Shown piece after piece: positions 57,337 to 64,000 of a DNA stretch of 64,000 nt. The stretch covers positions 64,001 through 128,000 of the forward strand of contig CAVZMH010000024.1 in NCBI GenBank assembly GCA_963776345.1. Direction: 5' to 3'. This DNA comes from an uncultured delta proteobacterium. GTDB lineage: Bacteria > Myxococcota > Myxococcia > Myxococcales > Myxococcaceae. Under the pieces are notes generated by a model. The model saw only the letters and a program-made list of their open reading frames with translations, had not been told where the DNA came from and did no database searches. A program made the position numbers and the translations under genes. Position 1 is the stretch's first letter. Each line of letters begins with the position of its first letter.

Positions 57337-58881
57337 TCATCCGTGGTCCAGCGGCACCGGCAGAACCCGCGTGCATCCGAACGCGGGCGCCCAGACCTCC
57401 TGGACCTCGGGCGAGTTGACGAAGGCGGCGATGCGCCGGAAGGCCTCGCGCGGTCCGCCGACCCGCGCCGCCCAGGCGAGGCCGGCGCGAGAGAGGTTGG
57501 GGACCAGAGGTCCGAGCGACGCGGCCCGGAGCCCCGCGCGCGGCCCCTCGCTCCGGACGCGCTCGGGGACGAGGAGCGGCGCGAACCGGGTGTGGCGGTG
57601 GGCAGGGATGCAGCCGGGCGCCCCGAGCAGGGCGGCGGCGAGCGGCAGCTCCCGCAGGTTGAAGACCAGCTTGCAGTCGCCGGCGTGCGGGTCGAAGGCG
57701 CCCACCAGCCGGTGGTCGCCGCGGGGGATGAGCCGGCGGTCGAGGTAGCAGGCTGCCCGCGAGCTCTCCGGGAGGCCCCCGCGGTGGCGCGCGCCCGCCC
57801 AGCGGTGGAAGGGGCGGACCGCCCGCGGGTCGGCGCGCGAGGGGAGGCCGGGTGAACGGCGCAGCGCCTCGAGCTTGGGGAGGAGCGCGGGAGGAATCCC
57901 GTGTGCGTGGGCGAAGCGAGGCAGGTCCCGGGTCCGCAGAAATGCGTCGACCCGGGCCACGAGCCTCTCCGCGTCCTCGTCGACCAGCAGCTCGTCGAAG
58001 CGCGTCTTGAGGCCGGTGCAGCTCACCGGGACCAGGACGTCGAGCGGCTCACCCCGCGCGCGCCAGCGGGCGTCGAGTCGCTCGGCCTCCGCCGGGACCG
58101 GCCGGAGGCTCCACTCCGGTCCCTCGAGCCGGAAGCGCCGGGGAGCCGACGCCTCGACGGGCGCGGAGCCGGGCGCCCAGGCGCGGAACCGGGGCGAGGG
58201 CGCCGGACCTCGCCGGCTCCGCCACACGGTGATGCAGGTCCGCACGCGCGTTCCCGGAAAGACGGCCGGCCCGAGGTCGACGACCTCGCGCAGCTCGAGC
58301 CGGTCCAGCAGCCGTCGCCGCAACGGAGCGTAGAGGTACGCGTCGAGGAGCGTGGCCGACGTCACCCAGGCGAGCACGCCCGCGCGCCGGGCCAGCCGCT
58401 CCGAGGCGAGCAGGAGGAAGAAGGCGTAGTCGTCGCGCAGGCTGGTCCCCCGGGGGAGGGCCTCGTCGAGGTCGACGCGGGCTCGCAGGGCCCGATAGGC
58501 CCGGGCGTCCCGGAGCAGCGGCGACGTCCCGTTGTAGGGCGGATTCCCGAGCCAGAGCTCCTCGCCCTCGCCCGGGAGCGCCCGGGCCAGCGCATCCCAG
58601 CCGCCGCGGAGCGCGTCTCCCACGAGGATGCGCGCGGCGGGGACGCCGCGGCGCGCGGACGCGGCGTGGGTCGGGTCCAGCTCGAGCCCGTGGAGCCGGG
58701 CGCGCGGGAACGCCCGGGCCGCGGCGGCGAGGAACGCGCCATCGCCGCACGCCGGGTCGACCACGGTGAGCGGCCCGGGTCCGACGTGGGGAACGGCGAG
58801 CGAGAGCACCGCCTGCACCAGCGGTGGGGGCGTGAAGTACTCGCCGCGGATCCTCCGCGCCTCGGCGGATGGGGCCGGCAC
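57337..58881 (-). CDS. Orphan N6-adenine DNA methyltransferase (gamma class) with extended C-terminal target-recognition region
   Basis: GEYFTP, VVDPACGDGAFL (motif I), GNPPY (motif IV), DDYAFF; start approximate (GTG at 58881). Confidence 0.88.
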   Translation of the reverse strand: MPAPSAEARRIRGEYFTPPPLVQAVLSLAVPHVGPGPLTVVDPACGDGAFLAAAARAFPRARLHGLELDPTHAASARRGVPAARILVGDALRGGWDALARALPGEGEELWLGNPPYNGTSPLLRDARAYRALRARVDLDEALPRGTSLRDDYAFFLLLASERLARRAGVLAWVTSATLLDAYLYAPLRRRLLDRLELREVVDLGPAVFPGTRVRTCITVWRSRRGPAPSPRFRAWAPGSAPVEASAPRRFRLEGPEWSLRPVPAEAERLDARWRARGEPLDVLVPVSCTGLKTRFDELLVDEDAERLVARVDAFLRTRDLPRFAHAHGIPPALLPKLEALRRSPGLPSRADPRAVRPFHRWAGARHRGGLPESSRAACYLDRRLIPRGDHRLVGAFDPHAGDCKLVFNLRELPLAAALLGAPGCIPAHRHTRFAPLLVPERVRSEGPRAGLRAASLGPLVPNLSRAGLAWAARVGGPREAFRRIAAFVNSPEVQEVWAPAFGCTRVLPVPLDHG

Positions 58882-58990
58882 GGGGCCTATCCTAGCTCCG
58901 GGACCGACGTGCCCCGGGGGAGCCCGCGATTGCCAGCCCAGCGGCGAAGGTGGAGCATCCCGCCCGCGAACCGGCTGCCCCGGAGGGAAC

Positions 58991-59659
58991 ATGGCCTTCA
59001 TCGGCTTCGACGTGTACGGGACGCTGGTCGACCCGCTGGGGATGGATGCGCCCCTGCGCGAGCACGTGGGCGACCTGGCCGAGCGATTCGCGGCCATCTG
59101 GCGCGAGCGGCAGATCGACTGGACCTTCCGCCGGGCGCTGATGGGACGCTACGAGGACTTCGACGTGGTGACCCGCGACGCCTTCCGGGCCACCTCGGCC
59201 ATCCTCGGGGCGGACCTGCGCACCGCCGAGGCGGGCCTGCTCGACACCTACCGGCGGCTCCCGGCCTTCGCCGACGCGCACGACGGGCTGGCGCAGCTCG
59301 CCGGGGCCGGACACCGGCTGGTCGCGTTCAGCAACGGCGTCGGGGCGACGCTGCGAGGGTTGCTCACCCACGCCCGGCTGCTCCCGCCGCTCACCGACGT
59401 GGTGAGCGTGGACGAGGTCCGGACCTACAAGCCGAGCCTGGCGGTGTACCACCACCTGGTCGCACGGGGCGGGTCGAGCCCGGACCGGACCTGGCTCGTC
59501 TCCTCGAATGCCTGGGACGTGCTCGGGGCGAAGTCGGCCGGGCTCAGGGCCGCCTGGGTCCGCCGCTCGCCGCGCAGCCACTGGGACGGCGGGGGCATCG
59601 CCGAGCCGGACCTGGTGGTGGCCTCGCTCTCCGAGCTGGCCGGGCGACTCCCGGCGTGA
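58991..59659 (+). CDS. Haloacid dehalogenase type II (HAD superfamily)
   Basis: FDVYGTLVD, WRERQ, FSNG, YKPS..VY, VSSNAWDVLGA. Confidence 0.93.
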   Translation: MAFIGFDVYGTLVDPLGMDAPLREHVGDLAERFAAIWRERQIDWTFRRALMGRYEDFDVVTRDAFRATSAILGADLRTAEAGLLDTYRRLPAFADAHDGLAQLAGAGHRLVAFSNGVGATLRGLLTHARLLPPLTDVVSVDEVRTYKPSLAVYHHLVARGGSSPDRTWLVSSNAWDVLGAKSAGLRAAWVRRSPRSHWDGGGIAEPDLVVASLSELAGRLPA

Positions 59660-59819
59660 GGTCGGAGGTGAGATCGGAGGTGTCGAGATCGGAGGTGTCT
59701 GACACTTCCCCGGACACTTCCCGGGACGAGCGCCTCGGTGCGCCACCGGCCGGGCGCATCCGGCGTGCCTCCCCCGCGGCCCCGGGACGAGTCGGCCGGA
59801 CGGAGGTGTTTGACACCTC
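59658..59819. repeat. REP-like palindrome pair with short direct repeats
   Basis: GGAGGTGTC-T-GACACTTCC (59691-59709) and GAGGTGT-TTG-ACACCTC (59803-59819); GAGATCGGAGGTGTC twice; GACACTTCCC twice. Confidence 0.8.
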
Positions 59820-59903
59820 GTGCCGGAGGCGCTGGACGACGAGGCCAGCTTCCGGCCAGTCTCGCAATCTGGTGGCTTCTTCTCTCTCGACGCGAGGTGG
59901 ACG

Positions 59904-60356
59904 ATGAACGAGTCGGAGTCGGCCGCGGTGATCGGCACCCTGAATGAGATCCTCGAGCTCGAGCTCGCCGGGGTCGTTCGCTACTCGCACTACTCGTTGA
60001 TGATCTTCGGGCACTCCCGCATCCCCATCGTCTCGTGGATGCGCGCCCAGGCGACGGAGGCGCTCGACCACGCCGTGACCGCGGGTGAGTACGTGACCGC
60101 GCTGGGAGGTCACCCCTCGCTGGGGATCGGCAAGCTGCTCGAGACGCACAAGCACGACATCGACCAGATCCTCCGCGAGGCGCTGGAGCACGAGCTCGAG
60201 GGCATCGCCGCCTACAAGAAGCTCCTGAAGCAGACGGAGGGGAAGAGCGTGGTGCTCGAGGAGTACGCGCGGAAGATGGTCCACGGCGAGGAGACCCACG
60301 TCATGGACATCGAGAAGATGCTCCGCCGCCCCGGGAAGCTCGAGCCGGCCCGCTGA
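59904..60356 (+). CDS. Bacterioferritin-like protein (ferritin superfamily)
   Basis: LNEILELELAGVVRY, EALDH, ELEGIAAY, EETH ferroxidase-type ligands. Confidence 0.88.
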   Translation: MNESESAAVIGTLNEILELELAGVVRYSHYSLMIFGHSRIPIVSWMRAQATEALDHAVTAGEYVTALGGHPSLGIGKLLETHKHDIDQILREALEHELEGIAAYKKLLKQTEGKSVVLEEYARKMVHGEETHVMDIEKMLRRPGKLEPAR

Positions 60357-60449
60357 CCTCGCCGCCGGCCGGGTCGCCGGACACCCTTCGCCTGCGGGCG
60401 ACACAACTTCACCACACGCTCCGGGGCTCCCGTCGTAGACCTCCGGCCC

Positions 60450-61370
60450 ATGAGCCCACTGCTTGCCCTCGCGGCGCTGCTGACGATCACCGCCCCCGCG
60501 CAGCCCGCTCCTGGTCACCCGCTCGCTCTTCCCGTGCAGCTCCTCGAGGGACGCTTCGTCCTCACCCCGCGTCTCCAGGGTGGACGGGTGGTCCGGCTCT
60601 ACTCGGACTCGGGCGGCGGGCGGACCATGCTGACCCCGGAGCTGGTGGGTGAGGCCCGCCTCCGGGTGGAGCACCCGGACGCCGGCGCCGACGCGCTCGC
60701 GCTCACCGGGTGGCCGGCCTGGGCGCCGGGAGCCTCGATCCCTCCGCCCGCGAGGCCGGCGATGGTGCGGGCCGCCCCTCCGCTCGAGCCGGACCTCGAC
60801 GGCTTCCTCGCCCAGGACTGGTTCGGCGGACGGACCTGGACCTTCGACTATCCGGGGAAGCGGCTGCTGCTGCGCGCGGGCGGTGACGTGCCGAGGGGCC
60901 ATCGGGTTCCGTTCCATCTGCCGAGGCCCGGACCGGACTCCCTGGCCTTCGGACGGATCACCATCGAGGTCGACGGCAAGCCGCTGGACGTGCTGTTCGA
61001 CACCGGGGCGACGACCGAGCTCACCCCGGCCGCGCTCGCCGCGGTGGGTGGTGGCCGCGCGCCGCACCGGGCCGCCAGCTTCATGAAGGCGGCCATCTTC
61101 GACGGCTGGCGCAAGGCGCATCGGCAGTGGACCGTGGTGGAGAAGGCGGAGGTCGGTACGGGCGCGGACATGATCCGCGTGCCGGCCGTCGTCGTCGGCG
61201 GACAGAAGGTCGGCCCGGTGTGGTTCACCCGGCGGCCCGACCCGGCCTTCGACAGCTTCATGTCCTCGATGATGGACGCCCCGGTCGTCGGCGCGCTCGG
61301 GGGAAGCGGCCTCCGGTACTTCCGGATCACCGTGGACTACGCGCAGGGCGTGGCGGTGTTCGAGCGCTGA
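60450..61370 (+). CDS. Secreted protein with tandem retropepsin-like aspartyl protease domains
   Basis: Signal peptide; YSDSGGG...DGFLAQDWF and LFDTGA...VGALGGSGLRYFRITVDY. Confidence 0.8.
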   Translation: MSPLLALAALLTITAPAQPAPGHPLALPVQLLEGRFVLTPRLQGGRVVRLYSDSGGGRTMLTPELVGEARLRVEHPDAGADALALTGWPAWAPGASIPPPARPAMVRAAPPLEPDLDGFLAQDWFGGRTWTFDYPGKRLLLRAGGDVPRGHRVPFHLPRPGPDSLAFGRITIEVDGKPLDVLFDTGATTELTPAALAAVGGGRAPHRAASFMKAAIFDGWRKAHRQWTVVEKAEVGTGADMIRVPAVVVGGQKVGPVWFTRRPDPAFDSFMSSMMDAPVVGALGGSGLRYFRITVDYAQGVAVFER

Positions 61371-61393
61371 ACCGCCGGGGAAGCCCGGCCCGG

Positions 61394-62084
61394 TCAGCCC
61401 AGCAGCACCGACAGGGCGATCGCCCCGGCGCCGACGAGCAGCGCCGACAGCGTCAGCGCCACCACCCCGGCCGCGCCCGGACAGCGGGTCCTCCTCGAGG
61501 GCGCGGGCGGTGCCGAGGACGTGGGAGAGCGTTCCCAGCGCCAGTCCCCGGGCCACCGGCGAGCGGACCCGGGCCCAGCTCAACAGAGCGGGACCGACCG
61601 CGGTTCCCAGCAGCCCGCTGCTGAACACGCAGAGGGTGGTGACTCCAGGCTGCGTCCTCACCACCTCGGTCAGCCCGAGCGCCACCGGCAAGGTGACGGA
61701 CTTCAGCGCGGCCGCCCACATCAGCGCGCCGGACAACCCGAGCAACGCCCCGAGCCCCCAGACCACGCCCACCGTGCTTGCGCACCCGGCGGCCACGGCC
61801 AGCAGCGCGGTCCAGGGATGGGCAGCGAGGAACGCTCGACGCCGGAAGAAGGGCAGGGCGAGTGCCGCCGTGGCCGGTCCGAGCAACCAGGTGATCGGCG
61901 CGGCGCCCTCGAGGTATGCATCGAGCCAGCGAGGCGGCAGCATCGCGAACAGCGCGCCACCGGCGAGCACGGCGAGGAAGACCGGGTGGAGGAGCGATGC
62001 CCGGAGCCGCCGCTGCACCCGGGTGCAGGCCCAGTAGAGGGCCGCGGTGAATGCGGTCGCTCCGACGACCTCGAGCGCGATCAC
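61394..62084 (-). CDS. lrgB: LrgB/CidB family protein, frameshift near 61478
   Basis: LLGPATAALALP, KSVTLPVA, RGLALGTLSHVLGTARA; last TM in a shifted frame ending at 61394. Confidence 0.88.
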
Positions 62085-62434
62085 CGCCGCTCCCGGATGG
62101 CAGCGGCCTGGCCGACGACGCCCGCCATCAGCAGGCCCACCAGCACGCTCGCCGCCAGGACCAGCGCCAGCGTCAGCCCGTGCCCCCGGAGCAGGGGCAG
62201 CTCGCGGAGGACCCCGATCCCCGAGGGCACGAAGAGCGCCGGGAGGATGCGAAGCAGCGCATCGGCTCCGCTTCCCACTGCGCGCTCGGGCACGGCCCGC
62301 GTCAGGAGAAGCACGGTCAGGACCACCAGCGCGAGAAGGCCCGCCGGGACCGGCAGCCCGGTGCGTGCCACCACCCAGCGGCAGAGCGCGAACAGCGCAC
62401 CGAGCACCACGAGCTGCAGGCCGGTGCGGATCAA
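62081..62434 (-). CDS. lrgA: CidA/LrgA holin-like protein
   Basis: LPVPAGLLAL, LPALFVPSGIGV; 4 TM; GTGA overlap with lrgB. Confidence 0.88.
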   Translation of the reverse strand: MIRTGLQLVVLGALFALCRWVVARTGLPVPAGLLALVVLTVLLLTRAVPERAVGSGADALLRILPALFVPSGIGVLRELPLLRGHGLTLALVLAASVLVGLLMAGVVGQAAAIRERR

Positions 62435-62452
62435 GAAAGGCTCGCCGGCGCC

Positions 62453-64000
<1,548 letters not shown>

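Noticed and set aside
57337..58881. Complete restriction-modification or defence island
   Set aside because: No endonuclease, helicase, specificity subunit, integrase or compositional anomaly around the methyltransferase.
61394..62434. lrgAB as a prophage holin cassette
   Set aside because: No phage genes nearby; CidA/LrgA-LrgB pairs are common chromosomal transport or regulatory genes.

Overview
A 64-kb, very GC-rich chromosomal segment, almost certainly from a myxobacterium (MYXO-CTERM sorting tails, myxobacterial-type small ORFs, RpoH-family sigma factor, candidate Myxococcus-type LexA box). It is mostly housekeeping: etfBA, acyl-CoA synthetase, Ca2+/H+ antiporter, RluA-type synthase, PBP1A, tatBC, MCP, HDAC, a complete nine-gene pentose-phosphate operon (tkt-rpiB-tal-pgi-gnd-zwf-glk-pgl-rpe), DEAD-box helicase, rpoH, lrgAB and the 3' part of dnaE. 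I saw no rRNA, tRNA, CRISPR array, prophage or transposase. About a dozen single-base frameshifts, some in core genes, point to long-read indel errors. The most unusual signals are: (1) a CTAG-bounded 24-bp element starting at TAG stop codons between convergent genes, present once as a monomer (21522-21549) and once as a 400-bp higher-order array (53934-54339); (2) next to that array, a small zinc-finger gene with a candidate LexA box and a clamp-binding-like motif; (3) two diverged copies of a small Cys-motif lipoprotein translationally coupled to a MYXO-CTERM zinc peptidase, plus an archaemetzincin-like pseudo-protease; (4) a bacterial lipoprotein resembling plant Phi-1/EXORDIUM; (5) an orphan N6-methyltransferase with a Type ISP-like C-terminus; (6) several intergenic palindrome clusters (9279-9507, 23701-23756, 59658-59819). 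Family assignments come from motif recognition only; no database search was run.
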